In this document: positions 37,801 to 49,080 of the stretch, one piece after another
Layout of the letters: every line of letters begins with the position of its first letter
How positions within the stretch are numbered: the first letter of the stretch is position 1
Assembly: GCF_003918875.1 (NCBI RefSeq)
Contig: NW_025766447.1
Coordinates: 1,984,001 to 2,048,000 of the forward strand
Reading direction: 5' to 3'
Source of the DNA: Haliotis rubra
Taxonomy: Eukaryota
Length of the DNA: 64,000 nucleotides
Made by a program: the position numbers and the translations under genes
The notes under the pieces: model-generated
Database searches by the model: none
Told to the model about the DNA's origin: nothing
The model's input: the letters and a program-made list of their open reading frames with translations, nothing else

Positions 37801-40800
37801 AGTGATACAATGTTTGTAGAACATCCATTATGCTCGCGTGTATCTCTACAGTACCATCGAGCAATCGGTCAGCTGTGGCTGGCATTGGCACTAGAGCTTA
37901 CAGACTCCGCCATATTGCCCTTTAACTTGTCTGACTACGCCGAGACTATGTCCCGACTCAAGGAGCAGCTAGTGGCCGACAAAGGGGACGTCCTGGACAG
38001 GTACCTGCCTGGATATGGTAAGATGTTTCACGTGTGCAATGTTTCACTCTCTGGTTCTCACGCATCGTGTCTAATCTCTACTGTGTTTCCCTTAGATAGT
38101 GCCTCACTTCTACAACCTTTGACTAGGTTACACCTCACCTCTCCCATGGCTCACCTCTATAATGTTTCACTGTTTCACACCTTCACTATGTTTCACCTTT
38201 AACATGATTCAACTTGACCATGCTTCACCTTCACCATGCTTCACATTCATCAAGTTTCAACTTTACTATATTTCACCTTCGTAAAGTTTCACCTGCACTG
38301 TATTTCATGTCTTCTCTCTTTCACCTGTATCATTTTCACCTCCATTATATCCCGCCTCTACCCGACCACATTTCACTTCCAGATGTTTTCACGTTTCAAT
38401 TTTACCATGTTTCACCTCTTGAATATTTTACGTCTGCCTCGTTATTCTTTGTTTCGATGTGATTTCCCGTGATTCATAACTCACCACAAGGGTCAGATAT
38501 CTGTTCGTACACATCTAAACAACACAAGATGAGTAGATATACAACATATTATACAACAGTCATGCCTAGCTGCAACCAGTCTCCTAGAAACTTTACGATA
38601 AGTTTCGAATGAACATGTAATCCACCAAGGGAGGTAACTGTAATCACGTTTCTGCCACCAGTCGAACTCGACATTGTCCAACGCTTCATTTATTTGCTTC
38701 CACGTACAATAAATCATATACCGCCACCATATAACAACCACCGTGCTGTTTCTCCCTCCCTTCCGTTTTACACCTTTACCGTGTTCAATCCCTACCTGGT
38801 TTCACAATTACCGTTTTTCACTTCAAACGTGGTCCTTTCCCGACCTAAATCTCCTGCTATTCCATCGATGATCCATAGATGTGCTTCTGTTTCTCCAGAC
38901 GCCAATCTGACACAGGTCATAGATGAGTTCACGGAAGCGGCGGCCAGTTTCATGGCGCAAGTGGCCGGCACTAGCACATCCAAGTAAGTTACGAACAGTC
39001 AAGTGCCCAAACTGGACGGTTACTACAAGCTTCTTCTTGGGGTCCTGGGGTCTTGCTTTTCGGATTATTACAACTTTTGAAAGTTAATTGTTCAAACGAA
39101 AGCCACAAGTCTGTTCTCCAAAAGAGAGCTATGACAGTTACATGCCTATGTTCAAAAGAGTTGCAGTTGCAGTTCTGTGTTAAAAGTTTTGATACGATAA
39201 TCATACATTTGAGCGAAAAAGTTTGCGTTACAAAGCCCTTCACATTGGTAGCTAAGACGACATAGACTCTCAGTGTTTAAATTACATATTACGAGAGTCG
39301 TCAATAATAATCTACGTTTAAAGTGTATGTTACGACGGTTGCATGCTTGTATCCAATGTGTATCGCAAATGTGTGCTTGGAGTCTACGTAACGCCAGTCG
39401 TAAGTGTGTATCTAAAGTGTATGCTAGATCAAGCGTAAGTGTGTATTGAAAGAGTATGCTACATTAAACGTAGCTGTGTATTGAAAGTCTACGTTACGAT
39501 AGTCGTAAGTATGTTACGCAAGTCGTAAGTGTGTATCTTAAGGGTATGCTACATCAAACTTAAGTGTATATTGAAAGTCTACGTTACGATAGTCGTAAGT
39601 GTGTATCTAAAGTGTATGTTACGCCAGTCGTAAGTGTGTATTGAAAGTGTATGCTACATCAAACATAAGCGTGTATTGAAAGTCTACGTTACGATAGTTG
39701 TAAGTGTGTATCTAAATTGTATGTTACGCCAGTCGTAAGTGTGTATCTAAATTGTATGTTACGCCAGTCGTAAGTGTGTATCTAAAGTGTATGCTACATC
39801 AAACGTAACTGTGTATTGAAAGTGTATGCTTCATCAAACGTGTGTATTGAAAGTCTACGTTGCGATAGTCGTAAGTGTGTATCTAAAGTGTATGTTACGC
39901 CAGTCGTAAGTGTGTATTGAAAGTGTATGCTACATCAAACATAAGCGTGTATTGAAAGTCTACGTTACGATAGTTGTAAGTGTGTATCTAAATTGTATGT
40001 TACGCCAGTCGTAAGTGTGTATCTAAATTGTATGTTACGCCAGTCGTAAGTGTGTATCTAAAGTGTATGCTACATCAAACGTAACTGTGTATTGAAAGTC
40101 TACGTTACGCCAGTCGTAAGTGTGTTTTCAAAGCGTATGTTACGACAGTCGTATGTGTGTTCAAATACCTACATATGTGTCTGCAGACCCCTTGTCGTCC
40201 GCAAGCTGAATGACCAGCTTCTACAACTAGAGAGAGCGTTCCTCGACCCTCATGGACTGCCTGGCCGGAGTTACTACAGGTTAGTAGCCTTGGTTCAGAA
40301 ATTACAAAACTAATTCGCTTCTGACAAATAAACTCATTTCCCCGTAAGCCGTAAGTTATTCTCTAACCTTCTGAAAAAAAAAATATGTTCGTCCATACCA
40401 TTTAAAATGGAGAGTCGGTCACACAGGAACAAATAGAAATATTGGTTGGATGCCATATCCTAGGGAACAAATGTTTCAAAATTAATTAAACTGTAAAACG
40501 GTTTGGCAAGTCTAGATTTCACCAGTTCTGTGCCTGGAATTAAACATTATTCTGGGGACCATTTGAGTCCACTGTGGACTTTGTAAATGTCTTAACATAA
40601 GGTAATCAGTAACAACATATATTTATACGTGAAGTTACCAACTTAGCATTTGTCTGCATAACGTCAGAACGTGGCTATCAACTCCTACAAGGTGTAACGG
40701 CCTCCCTGAGAAATCGTCCGGAAGAACAAAGAAAAAGTCATCTGTAGCCATCCAGTGTTTAACGTTGTAGAAATAAATCCGATGAATTAACGCTGAAATG

Positions 40801-41035
40801 TTCACTAGTCGTCTTCTCACTCCTACTGTTTTTCATACACAGGCATATCCTGTTTGCTCCCAGCAGCCATAACCAATATGCTGCAGCCTCGTTCCCAGGT
40901 CTGGTTGACCTTCTTTTTGATATTAAAGACTCTGACACCAGCCAATGGGAGAAGGTCAAGCAACACTTCTCGGTCATACTCTTTACCATCCAATCAGCGA
41001 CGTCAACATTGCGTGACGTGATACATTTTATGTGA
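22850..41035 (+). CDS. NAALADase / glutamate carboxypeptidase II-like M28B metallopeptidase (type II membrane; PA, M28 and TfR-dimerisation domains)
   Basis: Exons 22850-23088, 27510-27797 (1-bp frameshift at ~27643), 28113-28235, 28378-28561, 28823-28919, 29321-29407, 30219-30304, 30399-30518, 30820-30905, 31046-31109, 31594-31661, [expected exon not found], 36293-36383, 37373-37462, 37852-38017, 38899-38983, 40187-40279, 40843-41035. Motifs: N-terminal [96 protein letters not shown] at 41066-41071. Confidence 0.93.
23890..26190. repeat. GC/CpG-rich minisatellite, 51-bp unit, ~45 copies (intron 1); isolated two-unit copy at ~23250-23350
   Basis: TTTAGAGGGTATTCC recurs every 51 bp (23908, 23959, ...), giving 17-codon periodicity. 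Confidence 0.95.
26390..26790 (+). mobile_element. Unclassified interspersed repeat related to 6570-7040
   Basis: Shares ordered blocks with 6570-7040. Confidence 0.55.
29557..29630 (+). mobile_element. 3' fragment of SINE family B
   Basis: ATTTCTGGTGTCCCCCGCCGTG...GCTAAAAGCGGCGTAAAACCAAACTCACTCACTCAC. Confidence 0.75.
31348..31456. mobile_element. Palindromic MITE (~110 bp), possibly PIF/Harbinger-related
   Basis: GGGCCTAGATTTTCGAAGCTCTCTTAACGCTAAGATAGTCGTAAGT ... ACTTACGACTATCTTAGCGCTAAGGGAGCTTCGAAAATCAGGGCCC, with CAG on both sides (possible 3-bp TSD). Confidence 0.8.
31612..33050 (+). repeat. Minisatellite, ~71-74-bp unit made of the 3' part of exon 31594-31661 plus its donor and intron start, ~20 copies
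   Basis: Unit GGTGGATCCC(C)TCTACTGTACAGAACAGCACTGTCGGCCACACAACAG|GTATACATACATGTGGGAGGGGTG. The first ~48 nt are the exon end ([16 protein letters not shown]). Confidence 0.93.
33052..35670 (-). mobile_element. Probable degenerate EnSpm/CACTA (CMC)-like transposon remnant
   Basis: Starts CAC followed by clustered subterminal TACCGTAAAA repeats (33053-33155). Minus-strand fragments [13 protein letters not shown]...[21 protein letters not shown] (~33915-34045) and [10 protein letters not shown] (~34935) recall accessory ORFs of animal EnSpm elements (from memory). Right boundary uncertain. Confidence 0.4.
35835..36078 (+). mobile_element. Degenerate/composite SINE family B copy
   Basis: GGGGTAGCCTAGTGGTTAAAGC...TTCGATTC...AATATTGCTAAAGCGGTGTAAAAC. 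Confidence 0.7.
36680..36836 (+). mobile_element. tRNA-derived SINE family B copy
   Basis: GGGGGCGGTGGGGTAGCCCAGTGGTTAAAGCG...GGGTTCGATTCCCC...GCGGCGTAAAACCCAACTCACTCACTCACT. Confidence 0.85.
36900..37200. repeat. Minisatellite, 32-bp unit (TTTACCTACCTCGTGTTTCACCTCCACTACAC), ~7-8 copies
   Basis: Direct periodicity. Degenerate TTTCACCT-rich echoes at 38030-38420. Confidence 0.9.
39370..40160. repeat. Composite minisatellite (~31-33-bp variants with a higher-order repeat) ending just before the acceptor at 40186
   Basis: Recurring GTCGTAAGTGTGTATCTAAAGTGTATG(T/C)TAC units. Confidence 0.85.
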
Positions 41036-41321
41036 AGAAGGAAAAGATCGGCACAAGCTTTTTTGAATAAAATATGAATTCTTTGAAAATATTATTTTTG
41101 GGTGTTAAGTTTATTTTATCAAAAGTATAAATCTCAATAATACTCCAGCATGGTAAGAGGCGAAAACATCCAAGATAAACCGGTTTCTCAATACCATTCT
41201 AAAAGTCGTCCCGTCTCTTGTTTGGGGAACAGCTTTCTACGATCGAGACTCAAAGTTTCAGATGGGTTAAACACCAGCTACCACACATTTATGTAGTGTC
41301 CTTTGAGGCCCAGACACCAGG

Positions 41322-41480
41322 TGTCGACCACACCGACACAGTTACCTCGCTATATTGGGTAGTCGACCACAACGACACAGTTACCTCGCTATATTGGGTA
41401 GTCGACCACAACGACACAGTTACTTCGCTATATTGGGTAGTCGACCACAACGACACAGTTACCTCGCTATATTGGGTAGT
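41322..41480. repeat. Minisatellite, 39-bp unit, 4 copies
   Basis: GTCGACCACAACGACACAGTTACCTCGCTATATTGGGTA x4. Confidence 0.9.
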
Positions 41481-42099
41481 CCAAAGTATTACCACCCTAC
41501 TTCATTCCAGTGAGAGTCCCAGGGCACATGCTTTGATCCGTGGATTGACTGCTTGTCTAGATTTCCTCTTGCAGGAAACACTTTATAAATAAAATTTATT
41601 CTAATATTCCCTATGTATTTAATGACACAGGACACCGATGGTACGGTCGTGGATAAAACATTAACATCATCAATAAAATAATAATAAAGTTAAGGACATC
41701 ATGAATAAACGCATCATTCCAAATGATTGTCATCATGGATAAACAAATAAAGCCAGATGACCGGGTGACCTCCCAAAAGTTAGACGTCCCAAAAGTTAGA
41801 CGCGCTAAAACAACAAAGGTTATGATTGGTTGCACTGAGGTTCACTACACTGTTACCTTCGTTAATAAATGGACTAATCCAAAATACTAATCCAAACACA
41901 AAGAGAAGAGATTATGGATAATGACAATGACTTTATTTGACATGAAACAAAACAATTTGATTGTATTTTTGTTAATATGTTGCTTTACAACCAACCTATG
42001 GTTAAAAACATAATTATTACGTGAATAATGATAAACATAATAAAAGGTTAAAAAATGAGTTAAAGTTAAAGGAACATATATACATTTTTTTAAACAATT

Positions 42100-42420
42100 T
42101 TTAAAATGGTAAAAAGTGGAATTATTGTATTATTGTTTTTGTTTCTAGATTGTTTGATATAATTTTGTATGAATAAGATATTTAGTAATTGTTTTAATTA
42201 ATTTGGGCTTTGTAAGAATGTTGAGATCAGAAGAGTTAGCATTGTTGAGGTACTGTTTTAAAGCATTGGGAAATGGGGTTCTTTGCTTATTATATTTTGA
42301 GCAGTTAAAGATAGTGTGGGCTATTGTTTCAGGAATTTGGCAAGTGATACATTTGCCGTTTGGATGAAGGTTGATTTTGTGTAGATAGTGTTGAATTTGG
42401 TAGAGTGGATAATGTTTTCC
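42100..42420 (-). mobile_element. 3' fragment of a non-LTR retrotransposon (LINE) ORF2
   Basis: Minus strand reads ...QHYLHKINLHPNGKCITCQIPETIAHTIFNCSKYNKQR, the C-x2-C...ET-x2-H-x4-C zinc knuckle typical of LINE ORF2 C-termini, followed by A-rich sequence. Confidence 0.6.
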
Positions 42421-43334
42421 TATTATTTGCCAGTTATAATTGAATGTTAACCATACACCCTGTACTTCTTTCTATATTTTATATTGTTTATGCTGGAAAA
42501 AACAATGCTAGGAAGGAAGTAACTCCTTTAAGTTAATGGAAACTCAACAACATATTGTGAACATTGCGAAAACACATTTCGAGAACCCAGTGATACAGTA
42601 AGCCAGTCAACATTAGTATTCTGATCAAAGTATTTCTGTACAAATGTGAAAACCATCTCGTTAGTGTATGGGGCAGGTTCATTATATGAGTGGGTAAGAC
42701 AAGGTTGTAATCACAGTCCCGCCTGATTGATTTGTCTGACTTTTGGGAGTAAACCGATGACCGATATCATGAATACACGATTAGTCAACACCCTAACTAC
42801 GAGTGTTTTGGACGTACAAACATAAAATGTTACAACAGTCACTACTCGCGGTATCCGAGGCCATTGTATGTTGCTGCATTTGTGCCTTGTAAGCTGCCGT
42901 AAAGACTTGCAAGCGTCCGTCACTTTCCGCATGCAGTCGGAGACTCCCGGCGTTTTACGACACCTCCGTAATATCTCCGGTAACGGTGGCGTAGTAATAT
43001 GAATACACAATGCCATTTAGAAAGTGGTCAAATGTAACATAATGTTATATTTGGGATGACACTTTCTTAGTAACGTACAAAGTCTAATATTTTTGTTGGG
43101 TTGGGTCCCATCCGGGATCCGTAGTAATACACATATATTCACATGTTTCCTGAGCATAAATGGTAAACCCAAGCAGTGGACATTGTTTGCAGGAACCAGT
43201 CCCGGAAACACTTTCCTCCTTTACTTATGCGATAGCTATGCTCTTCTCCATGACAGTAACATGAATGAATATAGTTGCAACAGGGATGCTGGTAGAGATG
43301 ACAAGTTACCATGACGTAATTAATACGTCGGGCG

Positions 43335-46300
43335 TCACAACTTCGTTGCACTTTCCATGCTTTTATGGGGGCATCCAGTTCTGACCTTGTCCACATTGGA
43401 ACATTTGTGAAACACTTTCAAGTCATAAGCTTCGTTCACGAAACCCCTTGATGGCGGAACTCGCTTCTTGTCGACGTAGCACACCATGCGCACCAACGCT
43501 GCGCAGACAACCACGAGGAAGGTGACAATAAGAATCAAACTCAACATGACTTCCTCGGCCTGTAAACAAAACAGGGCGTTACATTAGCCGTGATGTCCAC
43601 ATGAAAAGAAAATATATGACTTTTATGGATACAACGTTACATAAAACCAAACGGAACTGTTGCGTTTTCATCACCTAAAGGTATATATGGCGTTTTAGCG
43701 ATTTGTTTCGTGCAATACGAACATTGGCAATCGTTACCAAGCACATTTACATCGAATTTGATGGAAACGTCCAAACCTATTTATATTGCCAATAACGAAA
43801 TGGCATATCCTCTTAGTCATTTCACGATATGACTGAATTTTTTAGTCATTTCACGAAATGACTGATTTCACAATCTGCCTGTAACATATATACTTTTAGA
43901 ATGTTTGCACGCGAAGCGTAAGTGATTTGTCAGCAATTTCCAGAAAGTCGTAAAACGTCTTCAATAACTAGGTTTTCTGGTAATAACGTGATGAGAAACA
44001 AGCCAATTATAACAAGTTGTTGAAGAATTTAAGGACCACCCAATTCATATTTCTGCAGGTAGTTTGTCACTTTCCAGTCGGACATTAAGCAAATGATTCA
44101 GAAAAGTTACACACGCGATCGTCTACTCTGTGGCGTGGTCAATTTACAAGCCTTGACCACTCAACTACTTTCCCTCGCCTTCAGTGGGTGTGTGTAGGTG
44201 TACATACCTGCTGGGTGCTCATCCCCCAGTCCTTACCACTATCTGCAACAAAGAAAACATGGCTGCTATGTTGTTTGTATTGGCGGTAGTCAGCAGAATT
44301 CATATTCCACTAGGCATAACAGATACAATAGTAGTGGACATTGTATGGGCGGATCTGTAATAAGCAGTGATAACACGACATTCTTTGCCTAAAAAGTAAG
44401 CATAATCCTGCCCTGGCTTCCGTCCTTGGCATAATTTGATGCCGCACAAGAGTACTTCTGTCCTACCATGGCGGCCTGTGAACAGTTAAAACAGCATCTG
44501 AAAGTGAGAATAAGTATCGAAACCGCCGGGGTACGGAAACTTAGTCAGGGAGTCTGACCGAGACCGAGTCTGACCCCCACACCCACTTTAGTGGCATCGT
44601 ACGATAGAGGGCTGGAGACCAATCTGTGTCCAGGCGGGTCACCTTCATACATATGATCACGTTCATACATACAGAAGAAGTTGATGTGTTGTGATTGTTA
44701 GTGGGAGCACATGTCTGTAACGTTCGTAAAATTGCAGACTTAGAGTTACCTCCCTTGGTTGGACAAAGACAATGTTGTGGTTAGAACTTTTTCTGTAAGT
44801 GGCGTCACTTGTACTTCTGTCACTTCAATAACAGAAGCGAGACTTCATCGTAATGTCTTGCATGTGGGGAGACAAGGTTTGCATGTGTGTGACAAATGAT
44901 AAATCGGTAAACCAAACCCCGTATCAAATACCACTAAGAACATCTTATATCCAGTCAGACCTCATCATTATATTATATTTAGTGTAAGCACATGCATGTA
45001 ATTATTTACACATCTAAAGATGTTATTAGGATCCACTGTTCATTACGAACTGTAGTGTTTACCTTTAGAAACCATGGTATGTCGAAGAGCGACCATTCCC
45101 GGGCCCGCGGCCGCCATTGACACCTGTGGCCTTTGACCTGTTGCCATGGATACTATTCCCGGAAGAACGTCATTCCATAGCATGCTTCCGCCTTCTAAAA
45201 GCCTCGTTTTCAAATTTGACTCTGACATATTCACAGTTATTTCCAAATACGATCTTGTCGACTCACTGTAGCGCTGCCAATTAATCTTTCTTGAGTTGAA
45301 GTTGGGATTTCTACAAGAGAATTACACAAAACATAATTTCATATGGTATCACGGACGCAAATGGCGCTCTTGTAGGTCATAACTAATTCTGAATGACCAA
45401 AATGAAGAATGACGTATGTAATCATTTTCTTTGAAATCAAGACGTCAGTGTTCTGCAATACAGTAGGGAGTACACGCAGCAGGAACTACGAGAATAGAAA
45501 AGTGTGGCGATTAAAGTGGAAAACAAACTAAGCCGTTTCCAACAATGCTTGAAAATAGGAAAAATGTCCTCAGGCTATACTTTAGGATTTCTTTCAGTAT
45601 ACTTCCAGAAGTTTCGAATAGAAAAAGCCCTCTTGAAAATATTCCTTATTACTGGGTCCATTGTTCATCAGACAACACAAGGTGTGTTGGTTGTGGACTA
45701 AGTCATTCATATATATGTATGTACTGTTTATACTGAAATGAATGCCCATTTTTCTCCTTTGTTCTTTTGTTGAGCTATATCCATATCATTTGAATAAATG
45801 AATCAGATTTATGATATTATTACATTTGCATTGCATTGCAACGAAACTTACTGGAGTAACTTAGTGCACATACCCATATTTTGCAAATGAGGCCCAGGCT
45901 TCCATCCAGTCAGCACTGAGTTCTTTTTCTTCACGTGTACCCTGATTCTGGATGCCCCAAACACAAACTGCAGGTCGTCTGAATGCGCCGCCCGGATGTA
46001 GTCTGGGTACTGAGATCGAGACGGCCTGTGGGTGAAGTAGTACACGAAGCAATCGGCTTTGGTGGAGTGGTATTTGGCGTACTGAAGCGTTTGGGCGACA
46101 AAAACATCCCTCCTGGCATCCAAGTAGCGTCGTCTGTAGTCTGCTACGTTGTCGTCGTCTGGGAGGTAGTGTGAAAGTAGTGTCGACCAGACGACATCCG
46201 TTACACGTACTGGAAGAGGCGTAGGGTAACTGGCTATAAAGATCCGTGACAGGAATGTATCAAACATGGCTCTGTTCATCCCCTCACCGTACAACACTGA

Positions 46301-47344
46301 AGGCAAGGTGTCCAGCGTGGCCGAGCCTTCGTCACTGTTCATACCAATGATGTAATCTACAGCGGAAAATATTCCCTGTTTAATCATATCAAATGGTTCC
46401 TTTGGAAGAAAGTATCCATCAACTGTTGGAGTGAAGGGTGCTAATGATGACGTGATACTGCCGTCTGCTTTGACGAGGTCTTTCACGTCTGCGTGCCGGA
46501 GACACCTGACCTGGCTGAGGCTGGATTGGGGGAGGTTCCCACTGGAACAGTTGAGGTACTGAGCGACTTTGATAACACGTTCTCGAGGCCGTCTGTTCAA
46601 CACGTTCATAATGGCTGACCCGCTCTGCGATATTGCACGATTGAAGAGACCACGGGAGAGCGGACTTAGGATGTGAAGTCCTACACTATACGCACCGGAA
46701 GATTCACCAAACAGGGTCACATTCCCTGGGTTGCCGCCAAACTGTTCTATGTTTGCCTGCACCCACTCTAACGCTCTCATCTGGTCCATTAGTCCCCAGT
46801 TTCCCCTTGCAACTGTGTCCTCGGTTCCAAGGAAACCTAGTAACCCTAGTCTGTAGTTGATGGTGACGACGATCACGTCTCCAGTTAGTGCAAGTCGGGA
46901 TCCGTCAAAGAGAGACCCGGCTCCGAACTGAAACCCTCCACCATGAATCCAGATCATCACCGCTAATGGTTCCTGCCTCGTCCTGTTGACACTGCTGGGA
47001 ACATATAGGTTCAGGTACAGGCAGTCTTCACTCATGGTATTATTCGCCAAATGAGGGGCGTAAATATTATTGAATATAGCTTCATTTTGTTCACACGCAG
47101 GTTTGAACTGGTCGGCATCGAAGGTGATGTCTTCCTGTCCAGTGAGAGCCTCGGGGACGCTGAATCGTCTGTCCCCGATAGGAGGTTTGGCATAAGGTAT
47201 TCCCAGAAACTTCGATATATTTCCGTACTCCGTATCTTCTATGAAACCAATATACCGTCCATATTTGGTCTGCACTGTTTCAGTTAGGACCGAAGCAGAC
47301 GACACTAATATTATTACCATGCATGTAGGCATCATGTACGCCAT
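43335..47344 (-). CDS. Type-B carboxylesterase (cholinesterase/neuroligin superfamily) with C-terminal TM helix, ~659 aa
   Basis: Exons 47344-45874 (acceptor at 47372; 1-bp frameshift in a G-run at ~45955-45958), 45310-45063, 44242-44208, 43559-43335. Signal peptide, FLGIPYAKPP, SEDCLYLN, WIHGGG, GESSG nucleophile, SDEG acid, AAHSDD histidine, W..FAKYG|NPN, TM LSLILIVTFLVVVCAALV, C-terminus ...ESATKL*. Confidence 0.9.
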
Positions 47345-47859
47345 CTCGTGATGTTCCTTTTCTTGGTCAACCTGAAAAAATAAACACTTTCCATAAACAT
47401 TTATTTCTATTCCTGTAGTTTGGTTATAACGACATGTGAACGTTGTGGAACGAAACATGACTGTGTGCCCCCTGCTCGGCTTCCCGCCAGGCGACGTGTC
47501 GTAATACAGTCTCGTTGACTGTGAAGCCTTTCAACTCCCGGAAACTGGCGCTGTAGCCAACATGACTATACCTATACAATCAGCAGATCTGTATTAACTC
47601 TCATCCAGCGTGTACGTCCTTAGATGTGTCGCGCATGATGCTGATATCCTGTATAGAAGCGGTGTCGAATGTCAACACCGATGTACTGTGCATGTAATCT
47701 GGACAGTACATGCTGAGTTGTCATGACATATCACTGACCTGTGACCTTTCAACGGAACAGGTCACCCAGTTGTCACGTAAGTTGGACAGCTCTCCTGTGG
47801 TGCCGACAGTCGCATTGACAGTTAACGCGTGGCTTGAGTGTGAAGCGGTGTGTGTTGTG

Positions 47860-49080
47860 TACATATGTATGTGACGTACGTGTTTGTAATGGTCATGTAC
47901 ATAAGGTATGTGCCATACGTGTTTGTGATGGTGATGTACATAAGGTGTGTGGCGTTCGTGTTTGTGATGGCGATGCACATAGGGTGTGTGACGTACATGT
48001 TTGTGATGGTGATGTACATAAGGTGTGTGACGTACATGTTTGTGATGGTGATGTACATAAGGTGTGTGACGTACATGTTTGTGGTGTTGGTGTACATAAG
48101 GTATGAGACGCACATGTTTGTGATGGTGATGTACGTGCATAAGGTATGAGACGCACATGTTTGTGATGGTGATGTACATAACCTGTGTGACGTACGTGTT
48201 TGTGATGGCGATGTACATAATGTATGTGGCGTACATGTTTGTGATGCTGATGTACATAACCTGTCTGACGTACATGTTTGTGACGGTGATGTACATAACC
48301 TGTGTGACGTCCATGTTTGTGATGGTGATGTACATAAGCAGTGTGCCGTACGTGTTTGTGATGGTGATGTACATAAGCCGTGTGACGTACATGTTTGTGA
48401 TGGTGATGTACATAACGGTGTGTGATGACGTACATGTTTGTGATGGTGATGTACATAAGGTGTGTGACGTACATGTTTGTGATGGTGATGTACATAACCT
48501 GTGACGTACGTGTTTGTGATGGTACATGTTTGTGATGATGTACATAAGGTGTGTGACGTACATGTCTGTGATGGTGATGTACATAACCTGTGTGACGTAC
48601 ATGTTTGTGATGGTGATGTACATAAGGTGTGTGACGTACATGTTTGTGATGGCGATGTACATAAGGTGTGTGACGTACATGTTTGTGATGGTGATGTACA
48701 TAAGGTGTGTGACGTACATGTTTGTGATGGTGATGTACATAAGGTGTGTGACGTACATGTTTGTGATGGTGATGTACATAACCTGTGTGACGTACATGTT
48801 TGTGATGGTGATGTACATAAGGTATGTGACGTACATGTTTGTGATGGCGATGTACATAAGGTATGTGACGTACGTGTTTGTGAGGGTGATGTACATAAGG
48901 TGTGTGACGTACGTGTTTGTGATGGTGATGTACATAATGTATGTGACGTACATGTTTGTGATGGTCATGTACATTATGTATGTGACGTACGTGTTTGTGA
49001 TGGTGATGTACATAAGGTGTGTGACGTACGTGTTTGTGATGGTCATGTACATAAGGTGTGTGACGTACATGTTTGTGCTT
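47860..49080. repeat. Minisatellite, 39-bp unit (GTGACGTACATGTTTGTGATGGTGATGTACATAAGGTGT), ~31 copies
   Basis: 13-codon periodicity in overlapping ORFs on both strands. Confidence 0.95.

Noticed and set aside
45848-45955. ORF-track C-terminus of the 536-aa esterase ORF (ASRIRVHVKKK...)
   Set aside because: Out-of-frame tail after a 1-bp deletion. The conserved EKELS..WM..W..FAKYG sequence is in the adjacent frame.
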